64,000 bases of DNA from Alkalispirochaeta sp. (GTDB lineage Bacteria > Spirochaetota > Spirochaetia > DSM-27196 > Alkalispirochaetaceae), in NCBI GenBank assembly GCA_965242725.1, contig CBDESZ010000020.1:32001-96000 (forward strand), in the 5' to 3' direction. The translations under genes and the position numbers were made by a program. The notes below the pieces were generated by a model. It was given only the letters and a program-made list of their open reading frames with translations, did no database searches and was not told the origin of the DNA. Each line of letters opens with the position of its first letter. The stretch's first letter is position 1. Shown here piece by piece: positions 47,653 through 58,178 of the stretch.

Positions 47653-49293
47653 ATGATGCGACTTTCTGTTTCACGTTCCTGGTTTTTTGTAGCCTATGCG
47701 GTGGTTACGATCCTGTTGGTGGCATTTCTTGTCGTACCCATCGGAAAGCTTTTTACCGGATCCTTTTCGATCGTTGCGGATCAATCACGGCCGCTTCCCG
47801 ACGGCTTTTTTCTCTACATGCTGCGGGTTACCTGGAATACCATCCGCATGGCTATGACAACGACAATTTTGTCGGTACTGATAGCCCTGCCGTTGGCATT
47901 CATGATCGTCAAGCTGCAGATACCGTCTGCGGGCGTCTTTCTCGGACTGCTCTCGGTTCCCCTCATTACGCCTGCGTTTATTTCCAGCTTTGCCACAATC
48001 ATCCTGCTGGGGAACAGTGGTGTGATTACCATGTTTTTCCAGTTGCTTGGTTTTGACCCGAAGACCATATACGGTTTCCGGGGGCTTGTTGTCACGCAAG
48101 TGCTTCACGCAATGCCCTACGCCCTGCTGTTGACCATTTCCGGCCTCAAGACGGTACCCCGTCATTTGGAGGAGGCGTCAATTTCGCTGGGTCACGGTGT
48201 GCTGAAAACACAGTTTTCCGTCGTGCTGCCCTATATCTTTCCTCATATACTCATGGCGGCGCTCATGGTCTTTTTGACCTCCATGGGCGATGTCGGCGGG
48301 CCCCTTATCATCGGCGGCAGCTACAAAGTTATCTCCACGGAGATCTATGCAAACTTCGTCACCTACATGGGAGACGAGAGAATACCGATCATCTTTGGTG
48401 CGTGGACGCTGCTTCTCTCGTTCATACTCCTTTTCATCGTGAATAAGCTGATGAAACTGACGGAAATAAAACACAAGTTTCGCCTCGGGATCATGACCTA
48501 TGACCACCGGCGGGCGCGTCGTGGTGCGACGGCGGCACTCGTGGTCGTCACATTTCTCTTCCTTGCCCCCTATATTGCGATCATCGTCCAGTCATTCGGT
48601 ACAATCTGGGCGTACGACTGGCTTCCCCGGGCGTTCACCGTGGACAACTATGTCACCGCCATTAAGGACTTTCACGCCATACGAAACACGATGATTCTCC
48701 TGGTGACGGTCACGCCGATCATTATCGTCGCAAGTGTCGTGTTTGCCCACATGTTCAAGAACCGGCGGGAGCTGGCGTGGATCAATTATATGACGCTGCT
48801 GCCCTTTACCATTCCCGGCGTCATCATTGCCGTGAGTCTCCTCCAGACCTATGCCGGCGTATCGCTGGGACAGCACGATCTCATTGCCACGATCTGGATT
48901 CTCATTATCGCCATCAGCATCAGGCGGCTTCCATTTGTCCTCAAGGTCATCGAGGCGGGCTTTTCGAAGATAGATGACTCACAACGGGAAGCGGCGTTCA
49001 GTCTGGGCGCATCGGAAGGCAGGACGTTCTTTTCCGTTATTCTGCCCCAATTGAAGCCGGCCATTTACACCGCTCTCGTCATAGGTATGATCAAGGTCGT
49101 TACCGAACTGTCGTCCAGTCTGATGCTCAACCCTCCGGGGTGGAGAAACATGTCACTGTATATCGCCTATTATGTGGAAGAGGGATTCATTGCCCGCGCG
49201 TCAGCCATGGGCATTCTCTTGATCATCATCGTCGGGATCGGAACCGCCGTATCCAACACACTTCAAAAGAGGGAGGCACAGCGTAATGGCTGA
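47653..49293 (+). CDS. ABC permease with two BPD_transp_1 domains (FbpB/AfuB-type)
   Basis: Two EAA loops (LEEASISLG; QREAAFSLGAS). Confidence 0.9.
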   Translation: MMRLSVSRSWFFVAYAVVTILLVAFLVVPIGKLFTGSFSIVADQSRPLPDGFFLYMLRVTWNTIRMAMTTTILSVLIALPLAFMIVKLQIPSAGVFLGLLSVPLITPAFISSFATIILLGNSGVITMFFQLLGFDPKTIYGFRGLVVTQVLHAMPYALLLTISGLKTVPRHLEEASISLGHGVLKTQFSVVLPYIFPHILMAALMVFLTSMGDVGGPLIIGGSYKVISTEIYANFVTYMGDERIPIIFGAWTLLLSFILLFIVNKLMKLTEIKHKFRLGIMTYDHRRARRGATAALVVVTFLFLAPYIAIIVQSFGTIWAYDWLPRAFTVDNYVTAIKDFHAIRNTMILLVTVTPIIIVASVVFAHMFKNRRELAWINYMTLLPFTIPGVIIAVSLLQTYAGVSLGQHDLIATIWILIIAISIRRLPFVLKVIEAGFSKIDDSQREAAFSLGASEGRTFFSVILPQLKPAIYTALVIGMIKVVTELSSSLMLNPPGWRNMSLYIAYYVEEGFIARASAMGILLIIIVGIGTAVSNTLQKREAQRNG

Positions 49294-50377
49294 AATCGTG
49301 ATCGATAATCTACACAAGTCTTTCGGCAACACCGAAGCCGTCCGGGGATTGTCCATCAATATAGAAAAGGGAGAACTCGTATCACTTCTTGGACCATCGG
49401 GGTGCGGGAAGACGACCCTGCTCCGGCTCATCGCGGGGTTTGAGACACCCACGGCGGGTAACATCTTTCTCCGGGATCGTAATATAACTGAAATTCCGCC
49501 GCAAAAGCGGAATATCGGGATCGTCTTTCAGGACTACGCCGTATTTCCGACGATGAACGTCTTTGACAATGTAGCATATGGTCTACGGATACGAAAGCTT
49601 TCGAGAGAGGAAATTACCGACCGGGTTCAGGAGTATCTGGAACTTGTCGGACTGACGGGATATGAAAAGCGCCTGCCCTCACAGTTGTCCGGCGGGCAGC
49701 AGCAACGGGTCGCCCTTGCCCGGGCGCTTGTCATCAAGCCGGATGTTCTCCTTCTCGATGAACCGCTTTCCAACTTGGATGCGGCCCTCCGCCTGAGCAT
49801 ACGCAAGGAGATACGGAAAATTCAGCAGTCCCTGGGAATAACGACCGTCTTTGTCACCCATGATCAGGAGGAGGCGCTCTCCATTTCAGACAAGGTCTTC
49901 GTCATGCGATTGGGCGAACTGATGCAGGGGGGAGGACCTCAGGAAATATATCGAATGCCGCGAAACGACTTTGTCGCCGGCTTCATCGGCAAGTCCAACA
50001 TCCTCTACGGGCGATTGACCGACCGGGAAGGGGGGCTTTCGCGGATCACGGTGGGTGATACGACCTTTACGACCGCATTGGGAGAGGACATACCTGCGGG
50101 CAGCGATGTATGGGTCTCCGTCCGGCCCCAGTACATCAGGATGAACCACCAGGCACCGAAGGACGCGCCCAATCAAGTATCAGGCGTCATTACCTATATC
50201 GAATATCTCGGAGGGGTTGTCAAAGGAGAAGTTTCCGTATCAGATGACCTGATCCTGGAGTTCGAGCAGCCCATACAGGGCAATGACGGATCGGCACTCC
50301 GACTTCGCGACAACGTGACCGGTGTCGTCGACGTACGGGATATTGTGGTGGGGAGAAACATGAGACGCCTTGATTAG
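49286..50377 (+). CDS. ABC ATPase (PotA/FbpC-type)
   Basis: GPSGCGKT, LSGGQQQR, LLLDEP, VTHDQEEA, C-terminal TOBE-like region. Confidence 0.95.
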   Translation: MAEIVIDNLHKSFGNTEAVRGLSINIEKGELVSLLGPSGCGKTTLLRLIAGFETPTAGNIFLRDRNITEIPPQKRNIGIVFQDYAVFPTMNVFDNVAYGLRIRKLSREEITDRVQEYLELVGLTGYEKRLPSQLSGGQQQRVALARALVIKPDVLLLDEPLSNLDAALRLSIRKEIRKIQQSLGITTVFVTHDQEEALSISDKVFVMRLGELMQGGGPQEIYRMPRNDFVAGFIGKSNILYGRLTDREGGLSRITVGDTTFTTALGEDIPAGSDVWVSVRPQYIRMNHQAPKDAPNQVSGVITYIEYLGGVVKGEVSVSDDLILEFEQPIQGNDGSALRLRDNVTGVVDVRDIVVGRNMRRLD

Positions 50378-53075
50378 GCTCCGACGACTCTATAGATATC
50401 TCATTCTCGTCCCGCCGGTGATTCTCATCGGCGGGTTTCTCGTCTTACCCCTGGCAAGACTGCTCGTTCACGGATGGACCGCAGCCATCACGATCAGGGA
50501 ACCGTTGCCCCCCTTTGTATGGCCACACCTCGTCTATGTCACGAAAAACACCTTTATCATGGGCGGCTTGACGACGCTGTTTTCCCTCACCGTCGCGCTC
50601 CCGGTCGCCTTCATACTTGCAAAGACCGACCTTCCGGGTCTCCGTTTCTGGCCCGGGCTGCTCACTATCCCCATGATTTCACCCCCTTTCATCATGGCCT
50701 TTTCCACGCTGCTGCTCTATGGGAGGAGCGGTGTACTGTCCTCACTCTTTCGTGAATGGCTGGGAATCAACCTTCCCCATATATTCGGTCTGCCCGGGCT
50801 CGTACTGACCCAGCTGGTCGTATCGATACCGTACGCCACGTTTATTCTCATGGCGGGGTTCAGGGGCATTCCCAGGCACGTTGAAGAGTCGGCATACGCG
50901 GTGGGCTCGCCGCCGATGCGCGTCTTTTTTGACGTCCTATTGCCGTGTATCTATCCCCATTTGATTATCGCCGGGCTGATGGTTTTTCTCATGTCCATCG
51001 GCGACGTCGGTGGTCCGCTGATTATCGGTGGTGGATATCCCGTCATCGCATCGGAAATCTACAGCAATTTCCTTTCAGTATTGACTGACGATCGCATTGC
51101 CGTAATCCTCGGGTCCTGGATCATCATTCTCTCGTTTTTAATGGTAGGCGCGGTGAATATTCTCCTTCGGTTTACGGTAAAGCGATATCGTCCGGGTTCC
51201 GATCCGGTGGTGTACAGACTGGGCCGTCGTCGCCCGCTTGCGCTCGTTTTTGTCGGGGCGGTCGTCGTTTGGCTGCTTCTGCCCTTTCTCATGGTCGTCG
51301 TCCAGTCTTTCGGCACGATCTGGACCGCCGAGCCGATTCCCCGGGGATGGACCCTGGACCATTACGTTCGTGTCTTTCAGGCACCCGGACTTGTGGTCAA
51401 TACGCTGGTCCTTGCCGCGGTGGTGACGCCGGTAATCGTCGTGATAAGTATCATTCTCGGCCATTCCCTGAACATCAGACGGGGACGAAAAATCCTCAAC
51501 GTCCTCATGGTCCTTCCTTTTTTGCTGCCCGGAGTCGTGTTGGCGTTGGGTGTGGTCGAAACGTATGCGACGCTCTTTGCTCACATGCGGACGATTCCCG
51601 TTTACGGGCTCTTGGCGGGGACGGTGATGATACGGCGCCTGCCATATACGTTAAAAACCCTTGAAGCGGGATATCTCGTGACGGACCGTCGTCGTGAGGA
51701 ATCCGCTACCAGTCTGGGGAGTTCACCGTTGGCCGCGTTTCTGAAGGTTACCCTTCCACAAATGCAGCCCTTCCTGCTGGCGGCATTGGTTATCGGTTTT
51801 ATAAAAGTCGCCACGGAACTGTCTGCGTCACTCATCCTCGCACCCCCCGATTGGCAAAGTCTTTCCATGGGAATCGTCTATTACATTGAACAGGGACAGC
51901 TCGGTCGCGCTTCGGCGATGAGCGTCGTGCTGGTCGTCCTCATCGGAACCGGCACTTTCACCGTGATGTACCGCCTTCATGGCGCGCGGGGTTATGAAGG
52001 CAATGACGGCGATCAGCGTGATCGTGAACACCTGCGGTCGGATGACGCTCTGGAAGGCATCGTTCTCGGTCGGACACCGGTGATCGTACCGACACCAAAC
52101 CGGGGAAGAACCGGCATTGTTTCCGTGCGGCCCGCCTGGGGCCGATGGGAGCCCCGGCTCGTGGTGGACTCCCGTTATGGGATCGTCGATGCGAGCAGGG
52201 GATTCCTGCGGCTCGTCGGCGCCTCCACCGTCGATGAATTGAAACGGGAGGGTCGTTTCTCGGTTCTCTTCTTCAGTGACCGTACGTTACTGGAGATATT
52301 CTCCACGCGGGAGGCGGTGCAGGAGCGGGCGACATCGATCATGACCCTGTCGGGAGCGCGTATCCCCGTCATCGTCTACGCCAATGTGGTGGAACGGGAC
52401 CAGGGTGATGTCATAGGATATTTTTACTGTCGCCGCGTCTCCGGGCGCTCGCGCCGTCTCCGGGAGTACCGACGTCTCAGGGATCGTATGGCTACGGCTG
52501 AACAGGAAATACTCAAGGCGCAGATCACCCCGCACCTCCTCTTCAACACCCTCAATAACATCGCCCACATGATAGGAGAGGAGCCTGAGGAGGCGCGGGA
52601 TGTCGTTCAGAGTCTGGCGGACCTCTATCGATATACCCTTGCCGCCACAAAGAAGGAGCTCGTGCCCCTGGCGGATGAGGTGGAGACGATTCGGCGCTAT
52701 CTTTCCATAGAGAAAGCGCGTTTTGGCGAGCGCTTGACGTGGCAGATCGACGTAAAGCCCGCCGCACAGGGCGTCTGGATTCCACCGATGATATTGCAGC
52801 CTATCGTCGAAAACGCCGTCACCCACGGCGCCGACGAGAGGGGCCGGATCCGGGTGGATGTTGTTGTCGCAAGGAGCGGTGATGATATCGTCATGTCGGT
52901 GAGGGACCACGGAGCTACCCCCTTTGACGAGGAAGCTCTCGTTTCCGGGAGCGGTACGGGATTGCGTAACGTGGAGGGACGTCTCTATGCGCTGTATGGG
53001 CGGCATCTGCAATTTGAACGATTCCCTGATGGTGGACTGAGGGTAATTATGACCCTGCCGGAACGGAAGGAATGA
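50370..53075 (+). CDS. ABC permease fused to a PAS-like linker and a LytS/YehU-type histidine kinase
   Basis: aa ~1-535 two-domain permease (VEESAYAVG; REESATSLG); then KAQITPHLLFNTLN (His722), EKARFGERL, LQPIVENAVTHG, VRDHG, SGTGLRNV; one open frame. Confidence 0.88.
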   Translation: MIRLRRLYRYLILVPPVILIGGFLVLPLARLLVHGWTAAITIREPLPPFVWPHLVYVTKNTFIMGGLTTLFSLTVALPVAFILAKTDLPGLRFWPGLLTIPMISPPFIMAFSTLLLYGRSGVLSSLFREWLGINLPHIFGLPGLVLTQLVVSIPYATFILMAGFRGIPRHVEESAYAVGSPPMRVFFDVLLPCIYPHLIIAGLMVFLMSIGDVGGPLIIGGGYPVIASEIYSNFLSVLTDDRIAVILGSWIIILSFLMVGAVNILLRFTVKRYRPGSDPVVYRLGRRRPLALVFVGAVVVWLLLPFLMVVVQSFGTIWTAEPIPRGWTLDHYVRVFQAPGLVVNTLVLAAVVTPVIVVISIILGHSLNIRRGRKILNVLMVLPFLLPGVVLALGVVETYATLFAHMRTIPVYGLLAGTVMIRRLPYTLKTLEAGYLVTDRRREESATSLGSSPLAAFLKVTLPQMQPFLLAALVIGFIKVATELSASLILAPPDWQSLSMGIVYYIEQGQLGRASAMSVVLVVLIGTGTFTVMYRLHGARGYEGNDGDQRDREHLRSDDALEGIVLGRTPVIVPTPNRGRTGIVSVRPAWGRWEPRLVVDSRYGIVDASRGFLRLVGASTVDELKREGRFSVLFFSDRTLLEIFSTREAVQERATSIMTLSGARIPVIVYANVVERDQGDVIGYFYCRRVSGRSRRLREYRRLRDRMATAEQEILKAQITPHLLFNTLNNIAHMIGEEPEEARDVVQSLADLYRYTLAATKKELVPLADEVETIRRYLSIEKARFGERLTWQIDVKPAAQGVWIPPMILQPIVENAVTHGADERGRIRVDVVVARSGDDIVMSVRDHGATPFDEEALVSGSGTGLRNVEGRLYALYGRHLQFERFPDGGLRVIMTLPERKE

Positions 53076-53076
53076 C

Positions 53077-53988
53077 ATGGAAAGACCGGTCATACGTATT
53101 TGCATTATTGACGACGAATTTCGTGCCCGGCGGCGCATCGCACATCTCCTTGAGGCCGAGAAACGGTGCACGGTGGTAGGCGAGGCCGATAACGGCGGAG
53201 ACGCCGTGGAACTGATCGACCGGGAAAAGCCGGATCTGGTCTTCCTCGATATACGCATGCCCGGCCTGAGCGGGTTTCAGGTACTGCAGCGAGCTCTTCA
53301 CCGTCCCGCGGTAATATTCGTCACCGCCTACGACGAGCACGCCGTACAGGCATTTGAAGTTCACGCGGTGGACTACCTGCTCAAGCCGTTTCCGGACGAA
53401 CGATTTCGTGATGCCCTTAGGCGCGCGACGGAACGCGTGTGGCCGCCGTCGGGATCCGATGCGGCCGCACACAATACGGCAGCGTCCAATATCGCCGGCG
53501 ACGAAGAAACTGACGGGCTCGTGCCGGCGTTGGCGGGCGGCGTGGGCGAGGCGCTCCTTGCGGAGCTGCAGCGGCTGACATATGGCCCCGACCGGCGCAC
53601 CGCGGAGGACGGCAACGCAGTTCGGGAAGCGGAAACGGGACATCCCGTACTGGAACGTGTCCCGGTACGCCGGGGATTTGAATTTGAAATGGTACCCGTG
53701 GCCGGCGTTGACTACTTCACCGTTATCGACGGTCTCGTTTTTCTCGTACGGGACGGACGACGAGTCGTTGTAGACCATACGCTCTCAGAGCTGGAATTGC
53801 GGCTCGACGCTCGTAAATTCATGCGGGTCCACCGCAAAAGCCTGGTGAATATCAATAGGGTCGAACGCGTGGTGCCCTGGGGGCGTGGCCGCATCGCCCT
53901 CCATTTCACTGGTGAAGAAGAAGCGGAGCCCGTACACGTCGGTCGGGACCGCACCCAGGAAGTGAAGAGGCGTCTGGGAATCCCCTGA
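53077..53988 (+). CDS. LytTR family response regulator
   Basis: IDDE, LVFLDIRMPG, FVTAYDEHA, DYLLKP; LytTR domain TLSELE..L..FMRVHRKSLVN. Confidence 0.95.
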   Translation: MERPVIRICIIDDEFRARRRIAHLLEAEKRCTVVGEADNGGDAVELIDREKPDLVFLDIRMPGLSGFQVLQRALHRPAVIFVTAYDEHAVQAFEVHAVDYLLKPFPDERFRDALRRATERVWPPSGSDAAAHNTAASNIAGDEETDGLVPALAGGVGEALLAELQRLTYGPDRRTAEDGNAVREAETGHPVLERVPVRRGFEFEMVPVAGVDYFTVIDGLVFLVRDGRRVVVDHTLSELELRLDARKFMRVHRKSLVNINRVERVVPWGRGRIALHFTGEEEAEPVHVGRDRTQEVKRRLGIP

Positions 53989-54041
53989 CGTGAACCCCGA
54001 AAACCTTGTTTTCATCGGTATGCTGCAGGTACTATGCATCC

Positions 54042-55703
54042 ATGAGCAGCCGGCCGGAACACCCCTTCGATGTCTACTATAAACGCGGATGGATCTATGT
54101 TGTGGTTCGTCCCGGCGAAGGGGGTGCGGAGGCCGTGCGGCCACCGGTTTATCCCGAGGACATTGAAAACCGCATGCGCCTTCTGGGAATGCCGAAAGTT
54201 CGATCGGGCGTGCTCCTCCGCCTCATCGACGAAGCGACGGGGGAGGCGGAGCGCCTTGTAAAGTGGCCGGAAGGCGAGCGCCTGGCTTCACGCATCTCCG
54301 TGGCGATATCGGACGATGAGATGAGCGCTTCCATTTCAGTAACAAAACCGCGTCGGGGCGCCGTCGGCCCCGACAGGGAAGACATCCTCAAGGCCCTTGA
54401 CGCCGCCGGTGTGACATTCGGAATCGATGAGGATGCAATCGCCGAGTTTCTTGCACACCCTCGTTACGACGAAAAGACAACCGTCGCCGTCGGAGGCGAG
54501 CCCGTATCCGGATCGGCACGCCGCGTGGAATACCGCTTCAAAGTGGATCGGGGAAAACCGTACCTCCAGATGCCCTTTGACCGCATCAACCTGCGGGAAC
54601 TGAACTTTGTGGACAACAGGAAAGAGGGTGACGTTCTCGCTGTTCTCCTTCCTCCCGTGAAGGCGAAGGACGGGAAAACGGTCACGGGTACCACCATTCC
54701 CGCCGCTACCGACGAGACCGTGGTGATCCTCCCGGCGGGAGAAAATACCCGCCTTGACGAGGAGGGGACCGAACTCATCGCCGCCTGTGACGGGAATGTC
54801 CGTTTTCACAACGGACTGGTGATCGTGGAACCGGTAATCGAGGTGGAGAACGTCAATTATGAGACGGGAAATATTCACTTTGACGGATCGGTGGTTGTTG
54901 CGGGAAGCGTCGCCGACGGCTTCATCGTGGAAGCGGGAGGATCTATACAGATCGGACGGGGCGTCGGACGGGCGCAACTCCGGGCAGGCGAAAATATACT
55001 CCTCACCAGCGGCATGAACGGAAACGGCGAAGGTGTTCTCGAGTGCGGCGGAAATCTCTTTGCCCGGTATATCGAGAGTGCGACGGTCCGGTGCAAGGGC
55101 AACGTTCTTGTCGAAGAGGCGATTCTCCACTCGACAATCACCGTCTGGAATCACTGTATCCTCAATGGACGACGGGCGGAGTGCATCGGCGGTGAGCTCA
55201 TTGTCGGAGGAAGTCTCTGGTGCCGGAAGCTGGGTAATCGTAACGACGCACAGACCCTCGTCGCCATCGGCGTTCCGCCGGAACTCTTTGAGGAGTACCG
55301 CACCGCCCGGGGAGAGCTGGACGCCAAGGAGGATGAGGTGGAAGAACTTGAAGAAAAACTCCGCCGCATAGAACGGGCGATCGACGACGGCAGGACCGAT
55401 GAAAAGTACCTTGCCGCCCGGGAGCAGCTGAGGATAGATCTCGCCCGGGAGGGCGTCCAGATCGACGTCCTGCGTCGCCGAGTGCCTGCTCTACGGGATC
55501 GCCTTGATCCGACTACGGCGAGTTTTGTCGTCGCCGAGGAGACAATCTTCAACGGCGTCACCGTCACCTTCGGTAAACAGGAGTATCGCGTGCCCCAGAC
55601 GGGCACCCGGAAGGCACTTCTCCACGTCACCCGTGACGCCATCAAGGTGGAAGGATTCAACCGCCAGACACCACCCAAAATCGAGTTTACCCTGCCGGTG
55701 TAG
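54042..55703 (+). CDS. FapA/DUF342 family protein
   Basis: AGVTFGIDE, GKTVTG, AGENT, NVNYETGNIHFDGSV, CIGG. Confidence 0.85.
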   Translation: MSSRPEHPFDVYYKRGWIYVVVRPGEGGAEAVRPPVYPEDIENRMRLLGMPKVRSGVLLRLIDEATGEAERLVKWPEGERLASRISVAISDDEMSASISVTKPRRGAVGPDREDILKALDAAGVTFGIDEDAIAEFLAHPRYDEKTTVAVGGEPVSGSARRVEYRFKVDRGKPYLQMPFDRINLRELNFVDNRKEGDVLAVLLPPVKAKDGKTVTGTTIPAATDETVVILPAGENTRLDEEGTELIAACDGNVRFHNGLVIVEPVIEVENVNYETGNIHFDGSVVVAGSVADGFIVEAGGSIQIGRGVGRAQLRAGENILLTSGMNGNGEGVLECGGNLFARYIESATVRCKGNVLVEEAILHSTITVWNHCILNGRRAECIGGELIVGGSLWCRKLGNRNDAQTLVAIGVPPELFEEYRTARGELDAKEDEVEELEEKLRRIERAIDDGRTDEKYLAAREQLRIDLAREGVQIDVLRRRVPALRDRLDPTTASFVVAEETIFNGVTVTFGKQEYRVPQTGTRKALLHVTRDAIKVEGFNRQTPPKIEFTLPV

Positions 55704-55884
55704 CGTCGGCTGCATATGCCTCGGCTTCCGCCGTCGGGCACAAGTCCGCCGTTTCCGGACTTCCGTCGCGGACGTCGACCGTCCGATGCCGACGGTCAGA
55801 CTTTGGCCCTCGACCCCGCACGCCTCGTAGGATACACTCACCGATAAACATGATAAATAAACTCATAAAAACAGGGGAAGAACG

Positions 55885-56823
55885 ATGCAGGTAACCGTAT
55901 TTGGAGCCACAGGAAATACAGGAGGTGCCGTCACCCGTCATCTCCTGCGCGCCGGCGCCACCGTCCGCGCAGTGACCCGGGACCGACGGAACGCCGAAGA
56001 CCTCGGTGTACAGGAAATCATGGAGTGGGACTGGCAACGCCCTGGGGCGTTTCGGGAAGCCCTCCACGGCGCCGACGCCGCCTATTTCATGTGCCCTGTG
56101 GGATTACACGAGGGATCGCTGTACGCATTCCGGGATGAATACTCCCGTCGATTTGCCGCCGCCGCCCGGGCCGCCTCCGGTACCGCCCCAACGCCTGAGA
56201 CTCCAGCCACACTCCGCCGCGTCGTCCAGCTTTCAAGCTTCGGTGCCGACATCGCCGCAGGATCGGGCGTCCTGGAAGGTCTCCACGCTGCCGAGGAAAA
56301 CCTCGCCGGCTGTGTCCCCAATCGCATCATCCTCCGTCCCGGCTACTTCTGGCAGAACTTCCGCGCCAACGTGGAGGGCGTCCGGGATCGGGGCTTCCTC
56401 GGGGGGTATCCCATAGAGCCCGAAACCCGCCTCCTTTTTGCGGACACGACGGAGATCGGGCGCGTCGCCGCGGAGCTCCTCCTTGACGGCCCCCGCCGGG
56501 GTGAAGAGCTCTACTACACCGGACATCCCACTCTGTACAGCTTCCGTGAGATCGCCTCCGCGCTGGCGGACCATCTGGATCGTCCCGACCTTGTGTGGAC
56601 CAACGTCGGCTATGACGCCGCCCGGGAGCACATGGCCGCCCGTTCCATGCCCGTGGACCTCATCGACAACTTTCTCGCCTTTTTTGCCGCCATCAACTCC
56701 GGTACAACCATGGAAGCCTACTCGTCGGACCTCCTCATCCCCCAGCACTTCGGACTGGATGACTTCCTTCGCTGGTTTGCCGACCTCCTGGCCGACGACG
56801 ATTCACTATCTTCTTCTTCCTGA
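55885..56823 (+). CDS. NmrA-family NAD(P)-binding protein
   Basis: VFGATGNTG, VQLSS.GA, LRPGYFWQN. Confidence 0.88.
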   Translation: MQVTVFGATGNTGGAVTRHLLRAGATVRAVTRDRRNAEDLGVQEIMEWDWQRPGAFREALHGADAAYFMCPVGLHEGSLYAFRDEYSRRFAAAARAASGTAPTPETPATLRRVVQLSSFGADIAAGSGVLEGLHAAEENLAGCVPNRIILRPGYFWQNFRANVEGVRDRGFLGGYPIEPETRLLFADTTEIGRVAAELLLDGPRRGEELYYTGHPTLYSFREIASALADHLDRPDLVWTNVGYDAAREHMAARSMPVDLIDNFLAFFAAINSGTTMEAYSSDLLIPQHFGLDDFLRWFADLLADDDSLSSSS

Positions 56824-56905
56824 ATTTTTGCTTCGCGAACGTGCGTTCTGCCCGGTTTGTACCGCATACCGCGGAAGCAACCGGATCGGCCGGCGGGGCG
56901 GGCGT

Positions 56906-58108
56906 TCACCCTCGCGCGGCAGCACCCCTCGTCCGATCCAGGATCGCCAGGATCACGGCAACACCGTACAACGATGCGCCGACGACAAAGACGATCCCGG
57001 CGGATTCCACCGCCTCGATGGCAAACCATCCCAGGAGGGGCCCGCTGGCGGCACCGAGGTCCGAGGCGGTCATCGTCCTGGAAAAGACTCCGCCTCCCGC
57101 GACGCCCGCCTCGGTGACGACTGAAATACGGCACGCCACGGTTGCGACAAAAAAGAGTACTACTGCGGCAATGAGCACCGCACCGTTGGCGGTGACGGCC
57201 GCCGTTCCAAGGGAAAAAATACCGACGGAAAATCCCGCAATCTGTGCCGCTGCGAGTCCGATCCTGTCTATCCACCGTCCCGCCAGGGGAGAACCGACGC
57301 CGTTGACGCCGTAGTTTACGGCGATGAGAAAACCGTTGAGTGCAGCTACACCGGTGACAACGGAACCGACAGCGACCCTCCCGCCAAAGCGCGCGTTCAG
57401 TACAAACCCGAGTGTGGAAATGACGAGCCCGGTACCGACACCGCTTGTTATGAAGGCGCGGACCAGAATGGACCAGTCCACCGCGGTTCGTACGTCCCCC
57501 GGTGCCGACGGAATACCCTGCCGTACGGGGAGGCGATGAAGGGCGGCACGGCCGGCCGGTATCGCGAGGAGAGAGAGCGCCGCGGCGGTCAGAAAGGCTG
57601 CGCGATACCCCCATCGCTCGAAGAAGAGGGCACCACCGAGAGTTCCCGCCACAAAGAAGATCGGTACCACTCCGTGATAGACACCCAGTCGGCCGCCGGA
57701 CTCCTCACGCCTGCCGGCGTCGACGGTGGTGAGTACGCCTGCGTGACGAATGAAGGACCAGCAAACGCCCCACAACGCACGGGCCGAGAGAAAGAGGATA
57801 AAGGGGGGAGAAAAGGCGTATATCATCGTTGAAGCGGCGCCCACACAGAGTGCCGCAGAAAGTGTTGAAGTGGTATTCCGCCTCTCCAGGACGCGACGGG
57901 CGGAGCCGTTGGAGATAAGCCGCACCCACCGGTTCACCGAGAGAAGGACTCCCACCTGCATCGGTGAGAAGCCCAGAGCGGCTGCTTCAACGGGAAGGAC
58001 CACATAGATCAGCATGTCGCCAAAGAGGGAGAGGCCCACCGCACCTGCCAGGACCATGACCCATGCGGTGCCGGCAGCGGGCGAAAAAACCGGTTTCATA
58101 GGTGACAT
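56906..58108 (-). CDS. MFS transporter
   Basis: ~12 [39 protein letters not shown]. Confidence 0.85.
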   Translation of the reverse strand: MSPMKPVFSPAAGTAWVMVLAGAVGLSLFGDMLIYVVLPVEAAALGFSPMQVGVLLSVNRWVRLISNGSARRVLERRNTTSTLSAALCVGAASTMIYAFSPPFILFLSARALWGVCWSFIRHAGVLTTVDAGRREESGGRLGVYHGVVPIFFVAGTLGGALFFERWGYRAAFLTAAALSLLAIPAGRAALHRLPVRQGIPSAPGDVRTAVDWSILVRAFITSGVGTGLVISTLGFVLNARFGGRVAVGSVVTGVAALNGFLIAVNYGVNGVGSPLAGRWIDRIGLAAAQIAGFSVGIFSLGTAAVTANGAVLIAAVVLFFVATVACRISVVTEAGVAGGGVFSRTMTASDLGAASGPLLGWFAIEAVESAGIVFVVGASLYGVAVILAILDRTRGAAARG

Positions 58109-58178
58109 CGTGACGCAGACCCCTGGAAGCGTCTATACTGTCCCCATCCACGAGTACCAATCTCAGCGGGAGGCTATG

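Noticed and set aside
50370..53075. Permease-kinase fusion as an artefact of a lost stop codon
   Set aside because: The frame is continuous, a split kinase would lack any membrane sensor, and a separate complete permease is already present; read-level confirmation is still needed
55704..55830. GC-rich hairpins after fapA as a possible ncRNA
   Set aside because: Only short stems (e.g. GACCGTC/GACGGTC), compatible with a terminator or chance
55840..55847. ACCGATAA as a sigma28 -10 upstream of the NmrA gene
   Set aside because: No TAAA/TCAA element 15 bp upstream
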